DNA from: an uncultured Planctomycetota bacterium
GTDB taxonomy: Bacteria > Planctomycetota > Planctomycetia > Pirellulales > Lacipirellulaceae
NCBI GenBank assembly: GCA_963719315.1
Contig: CAVRBU010000002.1
Span: 1,376,001-1,440,000 of the forward strand
Length of the DNA stretch: 64,000 nucleotides
Reading direction: 5' to 3'
The notes below the pieces were generated by a model that saw only the letters and a program-made list of their open reading frames with translations, was not told the origin of the DNA and ran no database searches. Positions 19,167-29,254 of the stretch are shown piece by piece (the first letter of the stretch is position 1; the number at the start of each line of letters is the position of its first letter). Both the position numbers and the translations under genes were made by a program.

Positions 19167-19562
19167 TTACCCGTACCCCAATTCGCGTAAGTCCCGCTCC
19201 GTCAGGCCCACATGATGCCCGTACTCATGCAGAATCGTCCGCCGAATCTGGTTTCGAAGCTCCGCCCGATCAAACCCGCCATCCCGTGCCCGCGACTTGC
19301 TGAGAATCCCCAGCCGATAGATGTTCACAACGTCCGACGGCACGCCCCAGTTGTCCACACTCCGCTTGATTAGTGGGATGCCGGTATACAGACCATATAA
19401 ATGCGCGGGGTGCCGAATACGCATCTTCTGCATGACCTCGCGTGACGGATAGTCTTCGACCACCAGGGGCACATCCTTCATGAAGTCGAGCACAACCTTT
19501 GGTAGCTCCGCCAGCACCAATTCCACCTGTTCGTCAAACAACTGGCGAAGTTCAGTATTCAT
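19167..19562 (-). CDS. Zincin-like metallopeptidase family protein
   Basis: LYGLYTGIPL...IRRTILHEYGHHVG...LRELGYG (HExxH). Confidence 0.85.
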   Translation of the reverse strand: MNTELRQLFDEQVELVLAELPKVVLDFMKDVPLVVEDYPSREVMQKMRIRHPAHLYGLYTGIPLIKRSVDNWGVPSDVVNIYRLGILSKSRARDGGFDRAELRNQIRRTILHEYGHHVGLTERDLRELGYG

Positions 19563-20563
19563 GTCTCACCTCGATTACGAATCCCCGCAATTAGCTCGCC
19601 CGCGCCCTGCGTGATCAGAGCCTCAGCCACTCGTCTCCCCAACGCAACCGCCTCGCTAGGCTCACTCGAATCACTCGCCGCCAACCGGTGGGTTCCATCC
19701 GCGCTCAGCACCACTGCTTGCAAGTGTAACCGCCCCGATTCGACCAACCCCAACGCGCCCACCGGCGCCATACAACCACCGCGCAATTGCTCAAGCAACA
19801 CCCGCTCCGCAGTCACGGCCGCCCTAGTTGCAGCGTCATTCAGCAGCCCCAGAACCTGCAATGTATCATCGTCATCCGCGCGACATTCAATTCCAAGCGC
19901 TCCCTGCCCCACCGCTGGCAACATCACTTCGAACGGCAGTACCTGCGAAATGCGGTCCGCCAACCCCAACCGCTGCAGCCCGGCCTGTGCCAGCACGATC
20001 GCATCGAACTGCCCGTCATCCAACTTCCGCAACCGCGTCTCGACGTTCCCTCGGACCTCTCTAACTTGTAAATCAGGCCGCAAATGAAGCAACTGCGCCT
20101 GCCGTCGCAAGCTCCCAGTACCAACACGTGCACTCGGCGGCAAACTATTCAGCACAGCATGACTGGAATGATGGGCCAGAATAGTCGATTCCCTCTCCCG
20201 ACCCTCGACCCTCGACCCTCGGCCCTCGACCAGCACATCCGCCGCGCTTTCCCGCTTCGGCACCGCCGCCAACACCAGCCCCGCGATGGGCTCCGTCGGC
20301 AAATCCTTAAGGCTGTGCACCGCCAGATCGACTTCGCCCGAAACGAGCGCCTGCTGAATCGCTTTCGTGAACACGCCGAGAGTGCCGATTTCTTCGATGG
20401 GCCGGGCACGCTCTACGTCGCCATGCGTGGCGATCTCGATGAGTTCGACCCCGTGCCCCAACCGCCGTAGTTCGCCGGCAACCCAATCCGCCTGCCATCG
20501 TGCAAGTTGGCTGCCTCGCGTTCCCAAGCGCAGCGTTCGCGGTTGTGTAGCCGGCTTAGCCAT
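19559..20563 (-). CDS. hemC: Hydroxymethylbilane synthase
   Basis: LGTRGSQLARWQA, GVFTK, AVHSLKDLP, VGTGSLRR, RGNVETRL, PAVGQGAL, GGCMAPVG. Confidence 0.96.
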   Translation of the reverse strand: MAKPATQPRTLRLGTRGSQLARWQADWVAGELRRLGHGVELIEIATHGDVERARPIEEIGTLGVFTKAIQQALVSGEVDLAVHSLKDLPTEPIAGLVLAAVPKRESAADVLVEGRGSRVEGRERESTILAHHSSHAVLNSLPPSARVGTGSLRRQAQLLHLRPDLQVREVRGNVETRLRKLDDGQFDAIVLAQAGLQRLGLADRISQVLPFEVMLPAVGQGALGIECRADDDDTLQVLGLLNDAATRAAVTAERVLLEQLRGGCMAPVGALGLVESGRLHLQAVVLSADGTHRLAASDSSEPSEAVALGRRVAEALITQGAGELIAGIRNRGET

Positions 20564-21560
20564 TTCGGTCTGCCGCCGAAAGCTGCAATCGCTGCCCGTG
20601 TGGCGTCACGCCTTCCAACGGCGTACCGTTTCCGGGCGACGGCGGAATCACGACGCCGCAACTGATGACAAATTGAATTGCTTGATCGACCGAAATGCTG
20701 AGCTCGATCGTCTCGCTCTTCTTAACTGTAATGGCAAATCCTGTGAACGGCATCGGTGAATGTGGCACGAACGCCGAGACCACGGGCTCATCGACGGTGC
20801 TCTGAATGTCGTGCATCGCCTCGCCGGTGACAAATCCCAACGTCCAAATGCCGCGGCGCGGGTACTCGACGGCCACCACCCGCGTATATTGGATCTCCGG
20901 TTCACTGAACAAAAAGTCGGTCACCTGCTTGATCGACGAATACACGTTGCTGACTAGCGGCACGCGATGGATCAGCCGCTCCAATTGATTCCAGAAAAAT
21001 CGCCCGATGCCGGCCGCCAGAAACTTACCGAGCAAATACAACACCAGCAGGAACAGGCACAAGAAGATGGGCACCAAAAACCGCTGTGGCAACCAACGGT
21101 GATCCACATACCAGCGATAAATAGTTTTCGCCGACGTCGGCATCGGGTCGCGGCCCACTCCCACGCGCACCGCATCGAACACGTGGAGCGGCACGAATTT
21201 GCCATCCTCCGTGCGACGATAGACTTCTTCGCCAATCGTTACCGTGCCCTTGGACGAGACCGGAAGTTGTTCGCCGTCAATGACGACCATGTCCGCGGCA
21301 TCGGCTGAGTTCTCCGGCTCGTTCGGCGTGCGAATATCGGCAAAATGCTCCACGGCAATCGAACGCGCCGCATTCTCCAACGGAGTCAACAGATACTCGC
21401 CGATCGTGTGACCAACCCACAAGAAGATCACGATCGTCAGCAGCGGCGGCAACAAAATGCCCAGCCCGCGCAGCACCGCCCGCCGAAACGGACCAAGCCG
21501 CTTCGGGGCGTTGAATTCATCCAATCTTTCTTTCATCACGTCCACAGGTCGTTCTTCCAC
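20556..21560 (-). CDS. DUF502-family membrane protein
   Basis: GLGILLPPLLT...RVPLVSNVYSSIKQV...VAVEYPRRG...FVPHSPMPFTG...ISCGV. Confidence 0.85.
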   Translation of the reverse strand: MEERPVDVMKERLDEFNAPKRLGPFRRAVLRGLGILLPPLLTIVIFLWVGHTIGEYLLTPLENAARSIAVEHFADIRTPNEPENSADAADMVVIDGEQLPVSSKGTVTIGEEVYRRTEDGKFVPLHVFDAVRVGVGRDPMPTSAKTIYRWYVDHRWLPQRFLVPIFLCLFLLVLYLLGKFLAAGIGRFFWNQLERLIHRVPLVSNVYSSIKQVTDFLFSEPEIQYTRVVAVEYPRRGIWTLGFVTGEAMHDIQSTVDEPVVSAFVPHSPMPFTGFAITVKKSETIELSISVDQAIQFVISCGVVIPPSPGNGTPLEGVTPHGQRLQLSAADRNG

Positions 21561-21616
21561 TACTCAAGCAGTAAATCGCATCCGTTAAATGGCCATGGTT
21601 TTCATACGTGACAAAA

Positions 21617-22498
21617 TCACCCCAACGCCCGCGCCGCCACGACGACCGTCACGCGGGTCGCTCCGGCCGCTCGCAGCGCCCGAGCCGCTTCGCTGCACGT
21701 TGCGCCAGTCGTTAGGATATCGTCACACAATAGCACGTGGGCGTCCCTTAAATGATAGCCCGCTCGAACGGCAAAGGCGTTACGCACATTTTCCCAGCGT
21801 TTTGGCGGATTCAGGTCAAATTGCCGCAAAGTAGAGCGCGTTCGCCGCAAGAGACCGTCGGCCCGGGGCAGGCCCAACTTGCAGGACAGCACCTCCGCCA
21901 ACAGCGCCGCCGAGTTCGTGCGATGCGCCACTCGCCGCCGCCAATGAAGCGGAATCGGCGCGACGACATCCGCTTTCAGCGCTGCCAAGCGATCACCGCG
22001 GATCTTCCAGATCAACCGCCCCATCGCGAGCGACAACGCATCCCCCTCCGCCTGCTTCATCCGCAATAGCAACTCCTTCATTCGGCCCCCGTACAACCCA
22101 AGCGCCACTGTCGAATCAAACCAAATCTTCCGCCCGCGACAGCGATAACAACCGGGCACTTTCTTCACCGGCTTCAGCGCACCAACATCTACAGGGGACT
22201 TGAATGGCAACGGCGCGCCGCACTGCTCACACATCGGTTCCGCAAGGAACTCCATCTGCTCCAAGCAATCGTCGCAAATCGCGACATCGCTCGCCGCTGC
22301 TCGACCGTTGCCCAGCTCCGCATCGCAACTCAAGCAACTCGGCGGGAACACCAAGTTCGCCATCCCGCGTTGCAGAAATCTTGCCCCGCCCGAAATATCG
22401 AAGTGCGCCGGCAACCGCGCCGCCTCCGCCGCGCCACGTTTCAGCAGTCGCCAACTTGCTGGAAGCACCGATTTCATGGGGCGAGTCATTCCATTCAC
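21617..22498 (-). CDS. comF: ComF-family amidophosphoribosyltransferase-like protein (start uncertain)
   Basis: Paired CxxC zinc motifs, PIPLHWRR, RWENVRNAF, LLCDDILTTGAT. Confidence 0.88.
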   Translation of the reverse strand: MNGMTRPMKSVLPASWRLLKRGAAEAARLPAHFDISGGARFLQRGMANLVFPPSCLSCDAELGNGRAAASDVAICDDCLEQMEFLAEPMCEQCGAPLPFKSPVDVGALKPVKKVPGCYRCRGRKIWFDSTVALGLYGGRMKELLLRMKQAEGDALSLAMGRLIWKIRGDRLAALKADVVAPIPLHWRRRVAHRTNSAALLAEVLSCKLGLPRADGLLRRTRSTLRQFDLNPPKRWENVRNAFAVRAGYHLRDAHVLLCDDILTTGATCSEAARALRAAGATRVTVVVAARALG

Positions 22499-22640
22499 CG
22501 AGACCGTATTCCACCACTGCTAGCAGCCGCCGATTATATCAGCCAGCCCATCCGTATTGACCCCCACTCCGCCGCTAAACTACGCTCCCGTTCAAATCTC
22601 CCCGCCCCCCGCATCCTGAATCCCGTATCCTCACCGAACC

Positions 22641-23780
22641 ATGCCCACCATCATCGATCGCTACATGCTGCGACAGTTCATTCAGGTGCTGGTGATCTGC
22701 CTTATGAGCCTCATCGGGCTCTACATCGTGATCGATGCCTTCGGCCACCTCGACCACTTCGTCGATTACGCGGGCAAGCACGGCAACCTGCTCAAGATCA
22801 TGGGCGTCTACTATGCATATCGTGCAATTGCATTTTTCGATCGTACCAGCGGTACGCTCACGCTGATTGCAGTCATGTTCACGATCACCTGGATCCAGCG
22901 CCACCACGAAATGACGGCCCTCCTCGCGGCCGGCATTTCTCGGCTCCGCGTGCTGCGACCGGTGCTGCTCGCAGCCGTTGGCGTCAGCTTGTTGGCAGCC
23001 GCTAATCGCGAGATCGTGATGCCGAACATCCGCGAGCACCTCGCCACCGATTCCAAAAACCTCGGCGGCGAACAAGCGTCGCTTATGCAGTCGCGGTTCG
23101 ACAGCCAGACCGACATCTTGCTCGGCGGCGAGAAAATCGTTCCCGCCGGCCAGAAAATCGTGAACCCCAGCTTCGTGCTGCCGCGACAATTCGATCGGTA
23201 CGGAAAACAGCTCAACGCCAAGGAGGCCGTCTTCCTGCCGGCAAAAGGCGACCTGCCCAGCGGCTACTTGCTCTCTGCTGTGACGACCCCCAAAGCGCTC
23301 CTCAAAAACCCGCCGTTGTTGATGACCGACGGCAAGCCCATCATCTACACGCCGGTCGGCAGCGATTGGCTGCTACCCGATCAGATCTTCGTCGCCAGCG
23401 GAGTGTCGTTCGAGTTCCTCGCCGCCGGGGCCACGTGGCGCGATTTCGCCTCGACCCACGAAATGATCGAGCAACTTCGCAGCCCCAGCACCGACCTCGG
23501 CGCCGATGTCCGAGTAGCTATCCACGGCCGCTTTCTTCAGCCTTTTCTCGACACCACGCTGCTCTTTCTCGGCTTGCCGTTCGTCGTCACGCGCACGAAC
23601 CGCAATCCGTTCATCTCAATCGGCCTATGCCTGGCAATCGTTACCGTGTTCATGATCTCCGAGCTCGGATGCCAATCGCTCGGCTCCGGCGGCTGGCTCA
23701 ACCCGCCACTCGCCGCCTGGCTCCCGCTCCTGATCTTCGCCCCTGTCGCCGTCTTCGCCAGCGACTCGCTACGAAAATAA
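22641..23780 (+). CDS. LptF/LptG-family permease
   Basis: TIIDRYMLRQF, EMTALLAAGISRLRVLRP, C-term PPLAAWLPLLIF. Confidence 0.88.
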   Translation: MPTIIDRYMLRQFIQVLVICLMSLIGLYIVIDAFGHLDHFVDYAGKHGNLLKIMGVYYAYRAIAFFDRTSGTLTLIAVMFTITWIQRHHEMTALLAAGISRLRVLRPVLLAAVGVSLLAAANREIVMPNIREHLATDSKNLGGEQASLMQSRFDSQTDILLGGEKIVPAGQKIVNPSFVLPRQFDRYGKQLNAKEAVFLPAKGDLPSGYLLSAVTTPKALLKNPPLLMTDGKPIIYTPVGSDWLLPDQIFVASGVSFEFLAAGATWRDFASTHEMIEQLRSPSTDLGADVRVAIHGRFLQPFLDTTLLFLGLPFVVTRTNRNPFISIGLCLAIVTVFMISELGCQSLGSGGWLNPPLAAWLPLLIFAPVAVFASDSLRK

Positions 23781-23803
23781 TTCTTGACGAATGGCCGGAT
23801 TGC

Positions 23804-23885
23804 AGCCCGCCTAGCGAGCCAGGGACGGCAATCACGCAACCTAAAATCACGGCACAATCCTTGCTTGCGCTGCGGGCTCCAATCA
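23804..23885. repeat. REP-like palindrome (AGCCCGC..GC.AGC.AGG ... CCTTGCT.G.GCTGCGGGCT family)
   Basis: The right arm and flank share gctgcgggctccaatca with the copy at 56188-56253. Lies between convergent genes. Confidence 0.65.
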
Positions 23886-23906
23886 CGTTTTACTGAAAAG
23901 TTCACG

Positions 23907-24791
23907 TCACACCTTCGTCGCCGATTTCCCCTGTTCCTGTCGCTCCTCACCAACCACGCGCACGTATTCCGCCCCAAACAATAGAACGAGCGCCACATAG
24001 TATGCCCACAACATCACCGCAATGAACGACCCAATGATCCCATACGCACTCGGATAATTGAGGTGTAGCAAATAAGCCGCCAGCGCTTGTCGCCCAATCT
24101 CCCACAACAGAGCCGCCAGTAACCCGCCGCGAAACGCGTCCCACCAGCGAATCGCGGTCTTCGGCACCACGCGATAGATCATCGTGAATGCAATCCAGTT
24201 CAGTAACAAGTTGATCCACAAACTCGTCCCCCAGCGCAACCACGGCCCCAACTCGATCCGCGGCTCCAAGGCGCGTTCGATCCCCGACCACACCATCGAC
24301 GTAATCATCACCAGCACAATGAATCCGCCCACGCCCACCAGCATGCCAAGCGCTTTCAAGCGTTGATACACTAGTTGCACTACCCAGGTCTTCCACGTCG
24401 AATGGGGATCCCTCGGCAACCGCCAGATGTGGTCAAACGCCGTGTCGAGTTGGGCAAAAATCAGGATGGCCGAGGCGATTAGCGCCACGAAGCCAATCGG
24501 CCCACTCGCCGGTGCCCGCTCCTTCACCGTATTGAGCATCCGTTCCACTTGCTGCGCTAGGTCTGGCGATGCTTGTTTCGCGATCGTCTCCAACAATTGA
24601 TGTTGGGCTTCCCGCCCAACTTGCGTCCAGGCGAGCACTGTTCCCAGCCCGGCCACCAGCACCAACAGCAGTGGGAAAAACGACAGGGCCACGTAATACG
24701 CAATCCCAGCCGCCGACAACACGCCCTCATGCGCTTGAAAGCCCAAGTGTGTAAGCCATAGCCTCCGGCCAAGTTTTCGCGGAAGAATCAT
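23907..24791 (-). CDS. YihY/BrkB-family membrane protein
   Basis: AAGIAYYVALSFFPLLL...AYGIIGSFIAVMLWAYY...LLFGAE. Confidence 0.9.
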   Translation of the reverse strand: MILPRKLGRRLWLTHLGFQAHEGVLSAAGIAYYVALSFFPLLLVLVAGLGTVLAWTQVGREAQHQLLETIAKQASPDLAQQVERMLNTVKERAPASGPIGFVALIASAILIFAQLDTAFDHIWRLPRDPHSTWKTWVVQLVYQRLKALGMLVGVGGFIVLVMITSMVWSGIERALEPRIELGPWLRWGTSLWINLLLNWIAFTMIYRVVPKTAIRWWDAFRGGLLAALLWEIGRQALAAYLLHLNYPSAYGIIGSFIAVMLWAYYVALVLLFGAEYVRVVGEERQEQGKSATKV

Positions 24792-24880
24792 GCTGGTAGT
24801 CCGTTGTCAGTGGTCCATTGTCCGTTGTAAGCTTAATAGCGTCTTTGCTCAACGAACAACGGACCACGGACTAACCTGCC

Positions 24881-25315
24881 ATGAAAACCGCCACGATCAA
24901 AACCAAGCACGGCGACATCCGCCTCAAACTCCACGACGACAAAGCCCCCAAGACCGTCGCCAACTTTGAGAAGCTCGCCAAAGACGGCTTTTACGACGGC
25001 CTGACTTTCCACCGCGTCATCGAAGACTTCATGATTCAAGCCGGCTGCCCCAAAGGCACCGGCACCGGCGGCCCCGGCTACAACTTCGCCGACGAGTTCC
25101 ACAAAGACCTCAGACACACCGGCCCCGGCGTTCTCTCGATGGCCAACTCCGGCCCGAACTCGAACGGATCCCAGTTCTTCATCACGCACGTCGCCACCCC
25201 CTGGCTCGACAACAAGCACTCAATCTTCGGCCAGGTCATCGAAGACTCCCAAAAAGTAGTCAACGCCGTCAAGCAAGGCGACAAAATGGAAAAGGTCACT
25301 GTGCAAGATGAATAG
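24881..25315 (+). CDS. Cyclophilin-type peptidyl-prolyl isomerase
   Basis: [55 protein letters not shown]. Confidence 0.95.
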   Translation: MKTATIKTKHGDIRLKLHDDKAPKTVANFEKLAKDGFYDGLTFHRVIEDFMIQAGCPKGTGTGGPGYNFADEFHKDLRHTGPGVLSMANSGPNSNGSQFFITHVATPWLDNKHSIFGQVIEDSQKVVNAVKQGDKMEKVTVQDE

Positions 25316-25337
25316 TTAATGAGTAATGATCTCACGC

Positions 25338-26663
25338 CAGTAGTGTCCCAACGTTAGTCGAATAGCGACAACTGGTTAGGAGAATGGGGTAGTAGGATTT
25401 TGTAGTTGGATTGCGAAAACAGCTCGACCAAGGGGGTTTTCTCGAAAATCGAGACGCTGAGAATCTGTAGAATTGTGTAAAGCGACATTTCGATGCCGAG
25501 GCGTTTTTTGGCGATGGCCACGAGCAAGTAGACCGAAACGGCGATCCAGATTTGAGCCTTCACGGCGTTCTGGTTCGTGCCATAGAACGACTTGATCCGC
25601 AGGTGTTGTTTGATCCATTTGAAAACCAACTCGATCTGCCAACGGGACTTGTACAGCGCCGCGATCGTCGTCGCCGGCAACTCGAAGTCGTTGGTCAGAA
25701 ACACCAGACGCTTGCCGAGCGACTGGTCGTAGTAACGAATGCGACGCAACGGTTCGGGGTACCCTTGAAAAGAGTAAAACGTTTCCAAGACCACCGTCTG
25801 GTCGCACTGCACGCCAGTCGTTCTGTCGACCTCCCGGGAGTAACGTCGCTGAAACGTAAAATTCTTCTTGGCTCGGGTGACGAAATACGCTTTCGCTTGG
25901 TGAAGTTGGTACAGACGAGCAAAGTCGAGATACCCGCGGTCCATGACGTAGTATGCGCCTGGTGATGGAACCAGGTAATCCAATACGTTCACATCGTGCA
26001 GTTTTCCGTCGGAAATCAGGATAAATTCGGGGATGTTGCCATGAAGATTGAGCAGCGTGTGCAGTTTGACGGCCCCCTTGGTCCGGCGAAACCGGGCCCA
26101 AGGGAACAGCGACAGGCACAAGTCGATCGTGGAGGCGTCGAGCGCGTAGACGGTGGCATCCAAGTCGATGCCCAAGTCTTCCGCGGCGTACAGCGCGCGG
26201 GCTTCTCCGATCAGAATCTGAGCGAAGTCGGCGTAGATCCGCCAGTCGCGCACTCGATTCGCGTTCGACAGATTGTTCCGCGAGACGCCGCCGCGAATCC
26301 CCCTGTGATACCACTTGGTCTGCACGGCCCGCAGACAGGTTTCGACATCGCGCAAGCTTTCCCGGTAGGTAAGTTGCGCGAAGGCCATCACCCGCAGATG
26401 TTCGCCGCAGGGAAACGTTTTGATCTTGTGATCGCCGTCGTAGCGACGGACGCACGTCTCGAAACGGTCGCCACGGAACAAAGTCCATCAACTGCGAGAA
26501 CACCAACTTGCCTGCGTGCATAGACCGATTCCCCTCCGAAATCCCGGAAATCGGAAATTATCGGCCAAGGCAATTTCAAATCGAAGCAGGTCATGGTCTT
26601 CCGTAAACTAGAAACAATTAACAACTTACAATCAAACCACGAGAAAACGTTGGGACACTACTG
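25338..26663 (-). mobile_element. IS4-family insertion sequence (1326 bp)
   Basis: Perfect 18-bp terminal IRs cagtagtgtcccaacgtt (25338-25355; 26646-26663) and a 9-bp target duplication atctcacgc (25329-25337; 26664-26672). Confidence 0.93.
25354..26521 (-). CDS. IS4-family transposase (DUF4372-type N-terminus), frameshift near 26470
   Basis: MHAGKLVFSQLMDFVP in one frame. FAQLTYRESLRD, ALDASTI, MDRGYLDF, YKSRWQIELVFKWIKQHL in the next. Confidence 0.9.
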
Positions 26664-26897
26664 ATCTCACGCTGGGGCGCAGAGGCAGCGCAGTAAAGCG
26701 ATTGACCACGACGGCACGAGAATCGCGATGAAAGCGTTCGGAATGCAAGCTTTTCCAAGTATTCTTCGTATCCGTCGTGTCGTCGTGGCTAAAAAACCTC
26801 CGCGCCCCTGCGCCTCTGCGCGAAACTTCCGACCATTCCATTTATCGCGCTCCTTTGTGCCTCTACGTGGCAAACTGGTTCGATCGTCTCGGCACAA

Positions 26898-27536
26898 GTG
26901 TCAATCACGACCAAAGCCCCCGCCCCCGCCCGCTTCGAATCCGAAATTGCCGCCTTCGAAGCCTACGACCACAAAAACGCCGCGCCGTCCAATCCAATTC
27001 TTTTCGTCGGCAGTTCCACGATCCGCCTCTGGCAAACGCACGACGCCTTCCCAGACCCCCCCATCATCAATCGCGGCTTCGGCGGCTCTACCATCGACAA
27101 CGTCAATCACTACGCCAATCGCATCGTCTTCAAATACAAGCCGCGGGTGATCGTCTTCTACGCCGGCGACAACGACATCGCCGCCGGCCGCACTCCCGAC
27201 CGCGTTTTCAGCGACTTCCAAACGTTCGCGAAGTCGGTCCACGATCGCCTGCAAGGTACGCTAATCATCTACCTCGCGATCAAACCGAGTATCGCCCGCT
27301 GGGAACTGTGGCCCAAAATGCAAGCAGTCAACATTCGCGTGAAAGACCTCGGCCGCGACAACGATCTCCTCACCTATGTCGACACCGCCCCTCCCCTCCT
27401 CGGCGACGACGGACAACCACAAAAAGCACTCTTCCGCGACGACGGACTGCACATGAGCCCCAAAGGCTACGCCGCCTGGAACAAACTCCTCGCGCCGATC
27501 CTTACTCCCGCTCCCACCAGGAGAGGGCCGAGGTGA
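26898..27536 (+). CDS. SGNH/GDSL hydrolase
   Basis: FVGSSTI, NRGFGGS, YAGDND, DGLH blocks. Confidence 0.9.
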   Translation: MSITTKAPAPARFESEIAAFEAYDHKNAAPSNPILFVGSSTIRLWQTHDAFPDPPIINRGFGGSTIDNVNHYANRIVFKYKPRVIVFYAGDNDIAAGRTPDRVFSDFQTFAKSVHDRLQGTLIIYLAIKPSIARWELWPKMQAVNIRVKDLGRDNDLLTYVDTAPPLLGDDGQPQKALFRDDGLHMSPKGYAAWNKLLAPILTPAPTRRGPR

Positions 27537-27708
27537 GAGTGCCCTGGGAAGGTTTCTCCAAAGCTCCAAGGCCCAATTTTGACCGTCTTGAATCTCCGTC
27601 GCTTTGCCGTTTCTGCCTTTCTGAACACGCCAAGAAAAAACTATCTCTCCACCTTCCTTGGTATCTCGGTCGTTCAATTCTTATGGACGCTCGCTAGTGC
27701 CTCATCCC

Positions 27709-28998
27709 ATGCACGCCACGCTCGACGACTGGATCGCCCGCGAAGCGATTCGGTTCACTACCGATTCGCCCGACCGCTTCAACGCCGCCGTCGATCAGGT
27801 CATCGCTTCTCTCGAATCCTCGCCTGAGAGCCCGCTGGAGTTGCTCGGCCTAGGCGAACCACTCCACCCTCTCCTCGGCGGCGAAGAATTTCTCGACTTT
27901 CGCAATCGGCTTTTCCATCGCCTGGTGGAAAAGCACGGCTTCACCGCTATCGCCGTCGAAAGCAGTTTTCCGCGAGCGCGCTTAGTGAACGATTACGTAA
28001 GCGCCGCCGGCGCGAGCGGCCCGGCATCCTATGCAGCCATCCAGGAAATCGGCTTCAGCCACGACTTCGGCCGGCTCGACGCGAATCGCGAACTCATCGA
28101 ATGGATGTGCCGATACAACGCCGAGCCTTCCAATCGCAACAAACTTCAGTTCTATGGCTTCGATAGCCCGACCGAAATGACTGGCACCGACAGCCCCCGC
28201 CAGCTTCTTCATTTCGCTCTCGATTATTTCGCCACGATCGATCCCGCCAGCAGCCAACAGCGTCGCGAACGCATCGACGCGCTTCTCGGACCCGACTCCG
28301 ATTGGGAGAACCCGGCCGCCATATTCGACCCGACCAAGTCAGTCGGCCAATCGCCAGCCGCAACGTCGCTCCGCATCGAAACAGAGGAGCTCATTTCGGA
28401 AATGAGCATTCGCCGCCCCGAACTAATAACGGCCAGCGACTCGAGCCGATATCTGGAAGCCGCGCAGCACGCCTCGTTAGCACGGCAGCTTCTGAACTAT
28501 CACGCCTGCCTCGCGCGCGCATCGAGCAATCGGCTCGCTGAAGGCCTCGGCATCCGCGACGCCATGATGGCCGACAATCTGGCATACATGGTGAACCGCG
28601 AGCGCGGCCGCGGCAAACTGCTGGCCTTCGCCCACAACAGCCATTTGCAACGCGGCCAGGCCCGCTGGCAACTCGGTGATAACGCCCTCGCCTGGTGGCC
28701 GGCCGGGGCACACCTCCACGAAATGCTCGGCCCGCGCTACGCCGTCATCGGCGCTGGAGTCGGCGTCTCCGAACCCAACGGCATCACCGCACCCGAGCGC
28801 GACACACTCGAAGCCCGCCTAATCGCCGCGCCGTCGCCCGCCGTGCTCATCCCAACCCACCAAGGCCAAGGCCTCCCCAGCTTAGAAATCGCCGCTCTCC
28901 GAACCCGCTCCGCCAGCACCAAAAACTCAACCTACTTCGCGTTCACACCACAAAGCATCACCGATTTCGACTGGCTGACATTGCTAAACAAATCGTGA
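27709..28998 (+). CDS. Erythromycin-esterase-family hydrolase
   Basis: LGLGEPLH, LVEKHGFTAIAVES, FYGFD, RDAMMADNL, AHNSH. Confidence 0.85.
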   Translation: MHATLDDWIAREAIRFTTDSPDRFNAAVDQVIASLESSPESPLELLGLGEPLHPLLGGEEFLDFRNRLFHRLVEKHGFTAIAVESSFPRARLVNDYVSAAGASGPASYAAIQEIGFSHDFGRLDANRELIEWMCRYNAEPSNRNKLQFYGFDSPTEMTGTDSPRQLLHFALDYFATIDPASSQQRRERIDALLGPDSDWENPAAIFDPTKSVGQSPAATSLRIETEELISEMSIRRPELITASDSSRYLEAAQHASLARQLLNYHACLARASSNRLAEGLGIRDAMMADNLAYMVNRERGRGKLLAFAHNSHLQRGQARWQLGDNALAWWPAGAHLHEMLGPRYAVIGAGVGVSEPNGITAPERDTLEARLIAAPSPAVLIPTHQGQGLPSLEIAALRTRSASTKNSTYFAFTPQSITDFDWLTLLNKS

Positions 28999-29254
28999 AT
29001 TTGACCCCGCCGACAGCCTCCGGCCCTTACGGAACTGAAATCGCACTCAACTTTCCAGGCCGCTTCTGCAAAGTCTCGTGGCGTCTTCCGATATCCACTC
29101 ACTTTATTCTCGTAGCATCTGTATTCAACAGCATCCTCTGCGAACAACATGATTTCTCTGCAATGATTGGCAACCGACTCACTGCCCGAGCGACGGCAGA
29201 ACGTTTTAGAGGAAATTCGAATGGATTAGTCGCGATCAATCTTTCACGCTGGTT

